This document shows, in pieces, positions 1-9,412 of a stretch of DNA of 52,641 bases; position 1 is the first letter of the stretch; every line of letters starts with the position of its first letter. The position numbers and the translations under genes are program-made. Under the pieces are notes generated by a model, which searched no databases, was not told where the DNA came from, and saw nothing but the letters and a program-made list of their open reading frames with translations. Source of the DNA: Prevotellaceae bacterium (GTDB lineage: Bacteria > Bacteroidota > Bacteroidia > Bacteroidales > UBA932); contig JAIRRX010000023.1 in the NCBI GenBank assembly GCA_031255755.1, positions 1 to 52,641 of the forward strand, given 5' to 3'.

Positions 1-34
1 TATTTATCAGTAATATTTATAAATACGCAATGAA

Positions 35-724
35 TCAAAATATTTTCTTTTTAGATGCAGTTGCAACAAAATCTTTTAAGTAAAACGGTTCAAAATAAGC
101 AATATCAACAAAATTTGATTTTGCAAATTTCTCATCTGCAATATCAATCATTCCTTTTGCAGATGCTTTGATGTCAGCAAATATTGCATTCGGCGAACTG
201 ATTATTGATTTACATTTTTCTGCGCCGTTTCCGAAAAATATTATTTTATTTGTTTTTAACAGTTCGGCATAAGTATTTTCGTCAATTATTTGCGCTGATA
301 TTTGGTTTATCATATTGGCGTTGCTGTCAAATAATGCAGTGTAAACTTCCATTCGGCGGGCATCAATCATTGGACATAAAAGTATTTCAGGCGATGGTTT
401 TGTTTTTTCAACAGCAAGTTTTGCCAGCGAATGTAAACTGCCGACTGCAATCAAAGGCTTGTTTGCGCCGAAACATAAACCTTTGGCGGTTGAAACGCCT
501 ATACGTATTCCTGTGTATGAGCCTGGACCTTCGCTTACTGCAATTGCATCCAAATCCGCTGTATTGATATTTTCTTGAGTTAAAAGTTCATCTATAAAAA
601 CCGATAATTTTGCAGCATGGGCAAATTCGCCATCGCTTTCACGCAAAGCAATTAATTGTTTGCCTTGCGACAAGCCAACCGAACAAACTGATGTTCCTGA
701 TTCTATACTTAAAATTCTTGACAT
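35..724 (-). CDS. tsaB: tRNA threonylcarbamoyladenosine (t6A) biosynthesis protein TsaB (YeaZ family)
   Basis: 229 aa. N-terminus ILSIESGTSVCSVGL and GPGSYTGIRIG are typical of the YeaZ/TsaB ASKHA fold. Length fits. Confidence 0.85.
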   Translation of the reverse strand: MSRILSIESGTSVCSVGLSQGKQLIALRESDGEFAHAAKLSVFIDELLTQENINTADLDAIAVSEGPGSYTGIRIGVSTAKGLCFGANKPLIAVGSLHSLAKLAVEKTKPSPEILLCPMIDARRMEVYTALFDSNANMINQISAQIIDENTYAELLKTNKIIFFGNGAEKCKSIISSPNAIFADIKASAKGMIDIADEKFAKSNFVDIAYFEPFYLKDFVATASKKKIF

Positions 725-742
725 GTTTTGTAAATTATTTTA

Positions 743-750
743 CAAATTTA
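743..750 (-). promoter_or_regulatory. -7 promoter box TAaaTTTG for tsaB
   Basis: Plus strand reads CAAATTTA. Lies 19 nt upstream of the tsaB ATG. Confidence 0.45.
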
Positions 751-864
751 TATGAAATTTTGAATTATCCGACTATCCAAAGCGATTTTGATTATTTATG
801 CCAAAGTTCAATTATCATCTGAATTTTTTGTTATATTGCAAATATTTACAGTACATTAAAAGTA

Positions 865-1911
865 TTATTCTTCGGTTTCTCTGTTTGATATATATTTACG
901 CCATTTGTTAATCAACATTTGCATATTGTCAGGCATGGGAACTTCAAATAACATTTCCTGTTTTGTTACAGGATGTACAAAACCCAATATTGCAGCATGT
1001 AAAACATGATGTGGTACAATAGCAAAACAGTTATTAATGAATTGTTTATACTTCGTAAAAGTAGTTCCGTATAATATTCTGTCGCCGCCGTAGCGTCCAT
1101 CGTTGAAAAGTGGATGTCCGATATGTGATAAATGTACGCGGATTTGATGAGTTCTGCCTGTTTCCAGTTTACATTCTATTAATGATACATAACCTAAATC
1201 TTCGATAACTTTGTAATGAGTAACAGCATGTTTTCCAATACTTTGGTCGGCATAAACTTTAAAACGCAATCTATCGCCTGTACTTCTCGCAATATTTCCG
1301 GTGATTGTTCCTTCTTTATTTTCAAATCGTCCCCAAACCAGAGCAAAATAATGACGCTGTACGGTATGATTAAAAAACTGCTGTGCCAAATCTTTCAGCA
1401 CATCAAGTTTTTTCGCAACGACAATCGTTCCCGAAGTATCTTTATCAATACGGTGTACAAGCAGACCTGCGCGTTCGTCATCAAGGTTAACAATTTCATT
1501 TTTACGCAGATAATAAGCAAGAGCATTTACCATTGTACCCGAATAATTTCCGTGTCCGGGATGCACAACCATTCCTGCGGCTTTGTTTATTACAAGCAAA
1601 TCATCATCTTCATATAAAATATCAAGCGGAATATTTTCTGGAATTATTTCTATTCCGCGCCTTTCATAAGGCATTACTATTGATATTTTATCAAGAGGCT
1701 TGACTTTATAATTACATTTTTTTACTATTCCGTTTACAAAAATCCAACCCGAATCGGCTGCATTTTGTATTCTGTTACGCGATGCTCCTTCGATTTTATC
1801 TGTTACATATCTGTCAATCCTAACAGGCGACTGTCCTTTATCAACTGTAAACGAATAATGTTCATAAAGTTCGTTTTGTTCTTCGTTTATAACATTATTT
1901 TCATCCGACAT
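865..1911 (-). CDS. rluD: RluA/RluD-family 23S rRNA pseudouridine synthase with N-terminal S4 domain
   Basis: 348 aa. S4-like N-terminus (RIDRYV), catalytic motif HRIDKDTSG, and TGRTHQIRVH near the C-terminus. Confidence 0.9.
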   Translation of the reverse strand: MSDENNVINEEQNELYEHYSFTVDKGQSPVRIDRYVTDKIEGASRNRIQNAADSGWIFVNGIVKKCNYKVKPLDKISIVMPYERRGIEIIPENIPLDILYEDDDLLVINKAAGMVVHPGHGNYSGTMVNALAYYLRKNEIVNLDDERAGLLVHRIDKDTSGTIVVAKKLDVLKDLAQQFFNHTVQRHYFALVWGRFENKEGTITGNIARSTGDRLRFKVYADQSIGKHAVTHYKVIEDLGYVSLIECKLETGRTHQIRVHLSHIGHPLFNDGRYGGDRILYGTTFTKYKQFINNCFAIVPHHVLHAAILGFVHPVTKQEMLFEVPMPDNMQMLINKWRKYISNRETEE

Positions 1912-1912
1912 T

Positions 1913-3892
1913 TTACTTTGATACGATTATTTTTTTTGTTTCCTTAATTTTCTTTCCATCATAAATACGTACAATGTATGTGCCTGCCTGTAAATCCGAA
2001 ACTCTGATAATATTATTGTCGCTGTTTTGAATTTTTACCAGTCGTCCGCTCATATCATATATTTCAATTCGTTTTGCGGTAATGTTATCGGCATTGTCAA
2101 CCCAGTTCATACGTATGTAATCGGCTGACGGATTCGGCGCCAGTACAACTCCCGATACTCCGGTAGTGGGATTTTCAGGCGGCAAAACAGGATTTTCAGG
2201 AAAACGTTCGGCTGATGAAAATATAGGACGAATCATTGGCGAGCCATCATAAATACTTGGCTCCCATGAATTTGAAAGATTATAAAAAACTTTGTCGCGA
2301 TGGTTTCTGTTACGGTCAAAGCCGAGATTTATAAAATCATCATTTGTTTGCATCCAACCTACATAAAAAGTTGTTCGGCGTCCAATAAATAAAGGTGTTG
2401 TGAATTTGTAAGCAACAAATTGATTCAAACTGTCTGAATACTCAGGTTTTGTTGCGTTTTGTGTATATAATATTTCTCCCGGAACGCCGTTGTCATCGCT
2501 CCATACGGTAAGCCTGAATTTATTATTTTCATTTACATTGCCGATTGTATGATTAAAATACATATAAACACCTCTTAACGAATCGCTTGCAAAACAATAA
2601 AACTTGACTGCCGCTTTTCCAGTTGCCGAACCTACGCCAAAAAGACCATATCCGTTTTCGGCTGTTCCATCATCGTATGCGTAAATGTCGTAAAATTTAT
2701 GATAATAAACAGTTGTGTCGTTATATCTGTAATCGGCGCGTGCAGGGTCGCTGTCGATTGTTAGATATGATTTTATTTCAAATTCCGCACTGTCGGTATC
2801 GGAATAAAAATCATAATCAATAGGAAAACTGCGATTGAATGTTTCAAAATCATGAATATTTTCCACTCCTCCCGAAAATTCGAGAATTTCGCCATTACCA
2901 AACAACGGCGTAATTGAAAAATGTCTAACAACATTTCTTGTTCCCCATCCAAAGTTGCTGTAAGTTAGATTTATTGCCATTTCGTCTCCGAACAGTTTTG
3001 CACGTGCATCGGAATTGTAATGTCGCCAAGGAATCTGTTCATAAACGGTTGTCAGCGGTTGTTGCGGAACTGCAATTGCAACGTCTTTAATAAGCGTATC
3101 AAACGCCGATATTCCTTTGTCAAGATACACCAAATCAAGATTCCAATGGTCGGCATTGCTTGCCCGTCCGGGAGTAAAAGTATTTATGGAAATGCTTGCA
3201 TAATTTATAAATCTGAAACAAAAACTGCTCGTAAGGTATTCAGGTTTATCAACTTTTACGTGAGCCTTAAAAAAATATTTGGGCAAAGAATCTACACGTC
3301 TCAAATATGTTGCAGTTTCTCCGTTGCGATAATAAATTTCGGTCATCATGGAATCCGTAACTGTTGGAAATGCTTTCCATACGGTAGTCCAATCATTGCC
3401 GTTCGGTGAAAATTGAAGAATAAGAGAATCGCGATTTTCGGGTAAATCGCCATATCCGCCTGCCTGAAAATAAAATGTCAGATAGATGGAATCATTAGGA
3501 TATGCAATATTTATCGGTTGAGACAAAAGAGTATCCGCCGGAGATGAATATATATATCCAACATCATATAACTCGCCTTTGCCGTTGATAGCATCAAAAG
3601 TAGCAACGCCAATGCTTGGCGCATTCATTCCGTAGGAATTATTAATATATACGCTTGTTCCCTGCCATTTGGTCTGGTCGGGAATAAATCCAGTATTTTT
3701 TGAAAAATCGTCAAAAAACGGTAATTCTCTTAATATCATACTTTGCAGTCGCATTTGATTTGAGCGTTTTTCGGCATGTTTTTTCACAACATGATTTTCC
3801 TGCAACCCTGTTAAAAGTTCCTGTGCATTAATCTCTGCAAGACCTGTAAGCAATGATACTGTTATTATCAATAATATTTTAAAAATTTTCAT
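1913..3892 (-). CDS. Secreted protein of unknown function with T9SS type-A C-terminal sorting domain
   Basis: 659 aa. Signal peptide MKIFKILLIITVSLLTGLAEINAQ. C-terminal about 80 aa (LAPNPSADYIRMNW...IEIYDMSGRLV...GTYIVRIYDGKKIKETKKIIVSK) matches the Por/T9SS CTD pattern. Body not recognisable. Confidence 0.7.
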   Translation of the reverse strand: MKIFKILLIITVSLLTGLAEINAQELLTGLQENHVVKKHAEKRSNQMRLQSMILRELPFFDDFSKNTGFIPDQTKWQGTSVYINNSYGMNAPSIGVATFDAINGKGELYDVGYIYSSPADTLLSQPINIAYPNDSIYLTFYFQAGGYGDLPENRDSLILQFSPNGNDWTTVWKAFPTVTDSMMTEIYYRNGETATYLRRVDSLPKYFFKAHVKVDKPEYLTSSFCFRFINYASISINTFTPGRASNADHWNLDLVYLDKGISAFDTLIKDVAIAVPQQPLTTVYEQIPWRHYNSDARAKLFGDEMAINLTYSNFGWGTRNVVRHFSITPLFGNGEILEFSGGVENIHDFETFNRSFPIDYDFYSDTDSAEFEIKSYLTIDSDPARADYRYNDTTVYYHKFYDIYAYDDGTAENGYGLFGVGSATGKAAVKFYCFASDSLRGVYMYFNHTIGNVNENNKFRLTVWSDDNGVPGEILYTQNATKPEYSDSLNQFVAYKFTTPLFIGRRTTFYVGWMQTNDDFINLGFDRNRNHRDKVFYNLSNSWEPSIYDGSPMIRPIFSSAERFPENPVLPPENPTTGVSGVVLAPNPSADYIRMNWVDNADNITAKRIEIYDMSGRLVKIQNSDNNIIRVSDLQAGTYIVRIYDGKKIKETKKIIVSK

Positions 3893-3897
3893 ATCTT

Positions 3898-4731
3898 TTA
3901 TTTTTTAATAGTCAAAGTAATATCTACTTTATCGCCAAGTGGATACCGAGTAGTTCCGCTTTCGCTCGGATATTGAGTTTTTACAACTGCATTGAGTTTT
4001 TCTTCCGCTGTTTTTATTGTAGAATCATATACGATTTTACCTGTATTCAAATATGATTCAATTAAAAGGCTTTTTGCTTCGCTGATATTTTTGCCAACAA
4101 CATTAGGCACGTAAGTATAACATTCGTCGGGATTATTGCCTAAACCAACAAGCAATTCGATTTCATCGCCTAAAAATACCACAGGGATAATATCTTCTTC
4201 GTTCGTAACAAAGCGTTTTAATTGAACATCTTTGCTTATTTGACCGATTACATTGTTCATTGCAATATCCTGCCGATAAGTTATTTTACCTATTTTTATA
4301 CCTTTGCTGCCAAGAACTGCCGCCGCCTGACGCAAAGAATATCCTACAACATTCGGAACTTCAACTTTTTTAGGCGTTATGCAATTCACAGTGACATAAA
4401 CCATTCGATTTTTCTTAACATGAACATCTGCTTTGGGATGCTGTTCCAGTACAGTTCCCGACGGAGCAGTTGAAACAAACAAAGAATCGCTGATTTCTAT
4501 TCTGATATTGTTTGAATCTGCCAACCGTCTGGCATCTTCAACATACATTCCTTTGAAATCGGGAGCAGGAATACTTTCACCATGACGAGTAAAACAACTC
4601 AAAAACCATTTTGAAGCAAATATTATTACCGTAAAAACCAAAACAGCATATAAAATATTACGCACGTAAATATTTGACCATATTCTTTTTATGTTGTTAT
4701 TATCCGATATTTTTGATTTTTTATGTGTCAT
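3898..4731 (-). CDS. Stand-alone PASTA-domain membrane protein
   Basis: One N-terminal TM helix followed by repeated PASTA-like units (VPNVVGYSLRQAAAVLGSKGIKIG, VPNVVGKNISEAKSLL). Start moved from 4824 to the ATG at 4731 because -7 boxes at 4755-4770 lie inside the longer ORF. Confidence 0.75.
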   Translation of the reverse strand: MTHKKSKISDNNNIKRIWSNIYVRNILYAVLVFTVIIFASKWFLSCFTRHGESIPAPDFKGMYVEDARRLADSNNIRIEISDSLFVSTAPSGTVLEQHPKADVHVKKNRMVYVTVNCITPKKVEVPNVVGYSLRQAAAVLGSKGIKIGKITYRQDIAMNNVIGQISKDVQLKRFVTNEEDIIPVVFLGDEIELLVGLGNNPDECYTYVPNVVGKNISEAKSLLIESYLNTGKIVYDSTIKTAEEKLNAVVKTQYPSESGTTRYPLGDKVDITLTIKK

Positions 4732-4754
4732 AACAAATCTATTGTAAACAAGTT

Positions 4755-4770
4755 CAAAGATACAAAGATA
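4755..4770 (-). promoter_or_regulatory. Tandem -7 boxes TAtcTTTG x2 for the PASTA / T9SS-cargo / rluD operon
   Basis: Plus strand reads CAAAGATACAAAGATA. Lies 24-32 nt upstream of the ATG at 4731. Confidence 0.5.
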
Positions 4771-4819
4771 TAAAAATTTATGTAGATGAATCTTTTTTGT
4801 CAATTTACAAAATAATATA

Positions 4820-4827
4820 TACATTTG
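4820..4827 (+). promoter_or_regulatory. -7 promoter box TAcaTTTG for lysA
   Basis: Motif match. It would give a leader of about 105 nt. Confidence 0.4.
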
Positions 4828-4939
4828 CAGTATTAAATTAGAAATTTGAAAAAATACGACAATATCTCAAAAGTATATCTGAAAAATAATAAGTTACAAA
4901 ATAAATCAATTAATAATCACATATTTTAAAATCTATAAA

Positions 4940-6094
4940 ATGTCCAACACAACACTCGCCGAAAAAATTAAAAAAATACAGACGCCATTTTATTTTTATG
5001 ACATCGAACTGTTAAAAAAAACAGCACAAGCAGCAATAACCGAAGCCGAGAAATACGGATATGAAATTCATTATGCACTGAAAGCAAATTCCAATCATAA
5101 AATTCTTAAAGTATTAAGCAAAATGGGATTTGGCGCTGACTGCGTAAGTGCAAATGAAATTATACGCGCCGCTGAATGTGGATTTAGTCCGAAACATATT
5201 GCTTATGCAGGAGTTGGTAAAACCGACAAAGAAATAAATACGGCGCTGGATTTGGAAATATTTACGTTTAATTGCGAGTCGCTGCCGGAAATAGAAAACA
5301 TAGACAAACTTGCAGCAAAAAAAGGTAAAATTGCCGACATTGCAATACGCATAAATCCTAATGTTGATGCGCATACTCATGAATATGTAACCACAGGATT
5401 GGAAGAAAACAAATTTGGAATAAGCGAATGGCAATTCAATGAAGTTGTCGAAAAAATAAGATTGTTGAATAATATAAATCTTATATGTCTTCATATTCAT
5501 GTAGGTTCGCAAATTACAGATATGGAAGTATTTAAAACACTTTGCAAAAGAGTGAACGAAATTCAGAAAACATTTGAATTGTTTGATATAAAACTCCCGC
5601 ATCTTAATGTTGGCGGCGGTTTGGGCATTGATTATCAAAATCCCGATGCAAATTCGATTGTTGATTTCAAATCGTATTTTGAAATTTTCAGTAAAAATCT
5701 GAATTTACACAAAGGTCAAAAACTGCATTTTGAACTTGGTCGTTCAATTGTTGCTCAGTGCGGAAGTCTGATAACACAAGTTGTTTACGTAAAAAACGGA
5801 CGGCAAAAAAGTTTTATAATAACAGATGGCGGCATGAACGATTTAATTCGTCCTGCGTTATATCATGCATATCATAAAATCGAAAACTTAACATCAACAA
5901 AAGCAGAAAAAAAATATGACATTGTAGGTCCAATTTGTGAATCAAGCGATTGTTTCGCAAAAGCCGAATTGATTAATGAAACACAACGTGGCGATATTCT
6001 TGCAATACGTTCGGCAGGCGCTTACGGTGAAGTTATGGCATCGCAATATAATTTGCGCGAACTGCCCAAAGCATATTATTCGGATGAAATTTAA
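4940..6094 (+). CDS. lysA: Diaminopimelate decarboxylase
   Basis: 384 aa. PLP-lysine motif YALKAN, GGGLGI, and CESSD, characteristic of Orn/DAP/Arg decarboxylase family 2. Confidence 0.9.
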   Translation: MSNTTLAEKIKKIQTPFYFYDIELLKKTAQAAITEAEKYGYEIHYALKANSNHKILKVLSKMGFGADCVSANEIIRAAECGFSPKHIAYAGVGKTDKEINTALDLEIFTFNCESLPEIENIDKLAAKKGKIADIAIRINPNVDAHTHEYVTTGLEENKFGISEWQFNEVVEKIRLLNNINLICLHIHVGSQITDMEVFKTLCKRVNEIQKTFELFDIKLPHLNVGGGLGIDYQNPDANSIVDFKSYFEIFSKNLNLHKGQKLHFELGRSIVAQCGSLITQVVYVKNGRQKSFIITDGGMNDLIRPALYHAYHKIENLTSTKAEKKYDIVGPICESSDCFAKAELINETQRGDILAIRSAGAYGEVMASQYNLRELPKAYYSDEI

Positions 6095-6112
6095 CAGTTA
6101 AAAACAAAGAAT

Positions 6113-6856
6113 ATGAAAAAAACTATTCTACTATTATGTATTTTGATGATTTGTTTTGAAAATTTTGCACAAACAAACAGCAAAGGAGTGTTGAAAAAAA
6201 ATGTATTTCAACATAACAGCGGCATAACATTCTCGAAAGGAGATACAATTATGCTTGGAATACCCAAAAACAGCGAAGATAAATTCGCTCATATCTATGA
6301 ACCGCTGCATGCATTCGGACTTCTCGGAGGACAAGGAGCAGACAAGGAATATTGTTATAAAATGTTTGTAATTCATTATTTTACCACAAAAAAAAATAAG
6401 GCAACCAAAGAAAAAACAGTTGTTGCATCCTTAGGTTATGGAAAGCAAGATATTATACTGGATTGCGAAATTGCCGAAGCAGTTGAAACAGGCGAAGTAA
6501 TTGCAAAAGGTAAAGTGCCTCAAAAATTTAATATTGTCGTAAAGAATGATGTTGAGCAAACAAAAACAGAAAAACCTGTTGAACAAAGTCAGAAACAGCA
6601 GACATACGAACAGCCCGCAGAAAAAACATCCGTAAAAATCACGGAAAATACACTGCTGAACACAATAAACGAATTGAATAAAAACAAAGACATAAGCGAC
6701 AGTGAGCATTATCAATTACTGAAACTTGTTACTTCCGGCAACAGCGCCGATATTGACAATAAAAAAGAACTTGTAAAAACATTACAGTCGTTGCGCGACA
6801 GTAAAAAGCTGGCAATTGAATATTATGATGAAATTGTTGATTTACTTTTACAGTAA
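6113..6856 (+). CDS. Hypothetical secreted protein (orphan)
   Basis: 247 aa. Signal peptide MKKTILLLCILMICFENFAQ, a Q/E/K-rich linker and a helical C-terminus. Lies 18 nt after lysA. No recognisable family. Confidence 0.5.
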   Translation: MKKTILLLCILMICFENFAQTNSKGVLKKNVFQHNSGITFSKGDTIMLGIPKNSEDKFAHIYEPLHAFGLLGGQGADKEYCYKMFVIHYFTTKKNKATKEKTVVASLGYGKQDIILDCEIAEAVETGEVIAKGKVPQKFNIVVKNDVEQTKTEKPVEQSQKQQTYEQPAEKTSVKITENTLLNTINELNKNKDISDSEHYQLLKLVTSGNSADIDNKKELVKTLQSLRDSKKLAIEYYDEIVDLLLQ

Positions 6857-7315
6857 GCAAGCATTTTTTTCAATGTTAATAAGATATTCTTTCATTTTGA
6901 GACCATAAGCGTAGCCTGTCAATTTTCCGTTTGAGCCGATAACTCTGTGACACGGAACAATTACAGGCAAAGGATTTTTGTTGTTTGCCATTCCTACGGC
7001 TCGTGCCGCTTTGGCATTTCCGATTTCTTCGGCAATTTGTTTGTATGTACGAAGTTCGCCGTAAGGAATATTTTGCAATGCAGACCAAACCTGTTTTTGA
7101 AATTCACTGCCCTGCGGGTTTATTGGAAAATCAAACGTTTTACGCTTTCCCGCAAAGTATTCTTTTAATTGTGAAGCTGCTTTTTTTATTATGTCTGTTT
7201 CCTTTTTAGTTCCGTTTATTTTTTTATCAGCCAAAGCAATTTCTACAATATTACCATCATTTTCAACGATTAAAACACAGTTTGTATTGATGTTGTATGA
7301 ATAATAATTTTTCAT
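6848..7315 (-). CDS. ogt: Methylated-DNA--protein-cysteine methyltransferase
   Basis: 155 aa. Active-site PCHRV and the upstream helix-turn-helix segment YGELRTYKQIAEEIG. Confidence 0.9.
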   Translation of the reverse strand: MKNYYSYNINTNCVLIVENDGNIVEIALADKKINGTKKETDIIKKAASQLKEYFAGKRKTFDFPINPQGSEFQKQVWSALQNIPYGELRTYKQIAEEIGNAKAARAVGMANNKNPLPVIVPCHRVIGSNGKLTGYAYGLKMKEYLINIEKNACLL

Positions 7316-7339
7316 TTTAATTCAATTTTATTAGAATTG

Positions 7340-7347
7340 CAAAGTTA
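7340..7347 (-). promoter_or_regulatory. -7 promoter box TAacTTTG for ogt
   Basis: Plus strand reads CAAAGTTA. Lies 25 nt upstream of the ogt ATG. Confidence 0.5.
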
Positions 7348-7454
7348 ATATTGTTATGTTCATTTAACGAAATGGATAAACAAGCCTTACACTAACAGGG
7401 TTTTAACAAACTCAGTTACGGTTTTTCCTTTGCTGTATCAATTTAACTGTTAAG

Positions 7455-8003
7455 TTATTTTTTATTAACAACGTGCGTTACATTTTTCTTGGCATATTCT
7501 GTCGAAAATGTTTGGAAATTTTCTGTTTTATAGCTGTCTTCTCCGAAATATGCAAGTATAGGCAAAATATCTTCCGGTTTCTGATAACCTGCAACAGTTG
7601 TAATTAATGCAGATTTTTCGTCAAAATACGCAATTGACGGATAACTCATTTTTCCATTTAATACGGCTACTGCAAACGAATGTGATTTTCCGTACTTGCC
7701 ATCATTTGTGAATGTTGTTTGATTATAAGTAACATTTTCTTTTCCTTCGGCGTTAAACTTTACACAATAATAGTGTTTATTAAGATATTCAACAACTTTC
7801 GGATTTGTAAATGTTGATGCATCCATACGTTTACACCATCCGCACCAGTCGGTATAAACATCCATTAATATTTTTTTCGGTTCTTTTTTTTGAAGTTCAA
7901 AGGCTTCATTTGCCGTGTACCATTTGATTTTATCTGCTTCCTGAGCATTAAGCTTAAAACCAAACAGTAATAATATCAAAATTGAAATTGTTTGTTTTTT
8001 CAT
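7455..8003 (-). CDS. Secreted thioredoxin-fold protein (CxxC)
   Basis: 182 aa. Signal peptide and WCGWCKRM redox motif in a thioredoxin-like context. Confidence 0.7.
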   Translation of the reverse strand: MKKQTISILILLLFGFKLNAQEADKIKWYTANEAFELQKKEPKKILMDVYTDWCGWCKRMDASTFTNPKVVEYLNKHYYCVKFNAEGKENVTYNQTTFTNDGKYGKSHSFAVAVLNGKMSYPSIAYFDEKSALITTVAGYQKPEDILPILAYFGEDSYKTENFQTFSTEYAKKNVTHVVNKK

Positions 8004-8013
8004 AACTTTTCTC

Positions 8014-8021
8014 TAATTTTG
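8014..8021 (+). promoter_or_regulatory. -7 promoter box TAatTTTG for the TPR gene
   Basis: Motif match in the divergent spacer 8004-8071. Confidence 0.45.
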
Positions 8022-8028
8022 TAACTTA

Positions 8029-8036
8029 CAAAAGTA
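8029..8036 (-). promoter_or_regulatory. -7 promoter box TActTTTG for the thioredoxin-fold gene
   Basis: Plus strand reads CAAAAGTA. Lies 26 nt upstream of the ATG at 8003. Confidence 0.5.
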
Positions 8037-8071
8037 GTACTTTTTTTTGAATTTATCAAAATACAGGCAAT

Positions 8072-8335
8072 ATGACACAAAAAATAACAAAGATTAACAC
8101 TCTCGATTATCAAAATTCTTTAATGTTTCTTAATGAACACATTGCTAAGAATCCAACTGATGATAATGCTTATTACCTGCGTGGCAATATTTATCGAAAA
8201 ATGAATATGTTCGGCGATGCTTTAAACGATTATCACAAGGCTTTGGAATTAAATCCGCAAAGTCAGGCTGCCATTGCAATTGAAATACTTAATGAAATTC
8301 TTGCGTTCAGAAATACCGATTTGCTTAATCCGTAA
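8072..8335 (+). CDS. Small tetratricopeptide-repeat protein
   Basis: 87 aa. TPR signature AYYLRGNIYRKMNMFGDALNDYHKALELNP. Own -7 box at 8014-8021. Confidence 0.6.
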   Translation: MTQKITKINTLDYQNSLMFLNEHIAKNPTDDNAYYLRGNIYRKMNMFGDALNDYHKALELNPQSQAAIAIEILNEILAFRNTDLLNP

Positions 8336-8429
8336 AAACAAACTTAATCATCTTTTCAGATATTACGAATAAATCGCATTATACAAAAAAGAAAAGCAAA
8401 TCAAGTATTTTTTAAATGTATTCAGCGTG

Positions 8430-8945
8430 TTAACCGCAGCAGTTACAGTCGGCGCAATTACTGTGATTGCATGAATTTTGCAATTCTGCCAATTCTTCAG
8501 CCGTTATATCGCGAACATCTACAACTTCGCCTGTAAAATCCAAATCACAGCCTGCAAGAGGATGATTAAAATTCATAACAATAGCGGCATCAGAAATACT
8601 ATCAACCGTTCCGTTAAGTAAGTTACCTTGCGAGTCGTGCATTGGAATTACGTTTCCAACAATAAATAAAGTTTCGTCAATTTTACCATCAATTTCAAAT
8701 ATATTTTTGGATAATTCAACAAAAGCGTCATTGTCAATTTCACCGTAAGCATCAGCTGCTTTCAATTCAAATGCAAAAGTGTCGCCGATTTTTTTGCCTT
8801 TAATATTTTCTTCAAAACTCGGAAGCAAATAGCCCTGTCCGAAAATGAAACGCATGGGATTTTCTCTGTTGACGGTTTCGATAGTTTCTCCGTTTACTTT
8901 TAAAACGTAAGATAATGCAATTGATTTGTTATTTTCTATTTTCAT
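8430..8945 (-). CDS. slyD: FKBP-type peptidyl-prolyl isomerase, SlyD-like, with Cys-rich tail
   Basis: 171 aa. FKBP core with an inserted-flap region and C-terminal tail NSCNHSNCADCNCCG. Confidence 0.8.
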   Translation of the reverse strand: MKIENNKSIALSYVLKVNGETIETVNRENPMRFIFGQGYLLPSFEENIKGKKIGDTFAFELKAADAYGEIDNDAFVELSKNIFEIDGKIDETLFIVGNVIPMHDSQGNLLNGTVDSISDAAIVMNFNHPLAGCDLDFTGEVVDVRDITAEELAELQNSCNHSNCADCNCCG

Positions 8946-9088
8946 TGTTATGATTTACTAATAAATTAACTGTATTTTGAGTACAAAGTAACAATTTTTT
9001 TTTGTATTATAAAAAAATAAATTGATAAAAATTTGTTTAATCAAATTAAATTGCGTTTATTTGTTGAATATTTCTAAAAGTTTTTAAT

Positions 9089-9289
9089 ATGAACGGAAAG
9101 GTTAAATGGTTTAATAAAGTAAAAGGATTTGGCTTTATTACAACAGAAGAAGGAAAGGAAATTTTTGTGCATTTTACAGGAATTGCAAACGAAGGTTTCC
9201 GCACGTTAAAACAAGGTGAAGACGTTGTTTTTGACATCGAAGACGGAGCAAAAGGACCCCAGGCGGTGAATGTTAAACCGGCGGAATAA
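9089..9289 (+). CDS. Cold-shock protein (CspA family)
   Basis: 66 aa. RNP1 KGFGFI and RNP2 IFVHF motifs. Confidence 0.9.
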   Translation: MNGKVKWFNKVKGFGFITTEEGKEIFVHFTGIANEGFRTLKQGEDVVFDIEDGAKGPQAVNVKPAE

Positions 9290-9321
9290 ATTTATATTCA
9301 GTTTTTAACTTCAATCTCTTT

Positions 9322-9348
9322 AAAAAACCGATGCAAGTCGGTTTTTTT
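9322..9348. terminator. Bidirectional intrinsic terminator between csp and mgsA
   Basis: AAAAAACCGA (9322-9331) pairs with TCGGTTTTTT (9338-9347) around a 6-nt loop. A/T runs on both sides. Confidence 0.45.
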
Positions 9349-9412
9349 ATTTATAAATCTACAAAAACATACGATTAATGGCTTTACACTGTAAAGTTTT
9401 TCAAAATTGCAT

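Noticed and set aside
4732-4824. 5' extensions of ORF-track entries. Affected entries are PASTA 4824, permease 23969, ATPase 24678, MBL 30628, pepD 32833, DUF5606-like 46330, rhomboid 49002 and MFP 15815.
   Set aside because: The extensions contain promoter -7 boxes, overlap the upstream gene, begin with TTG, or add implausible non-signal hydrophobic peptides. Shorter ATG starts restore typical N-termini and 10-45 nt leaders.
4825-4939. Lysine riboswitch upstream of lysA
   Set aside because: The roughly 105-nt leader is almost pure A/T, with no GC-rich helices or conserved L-box elements visible.
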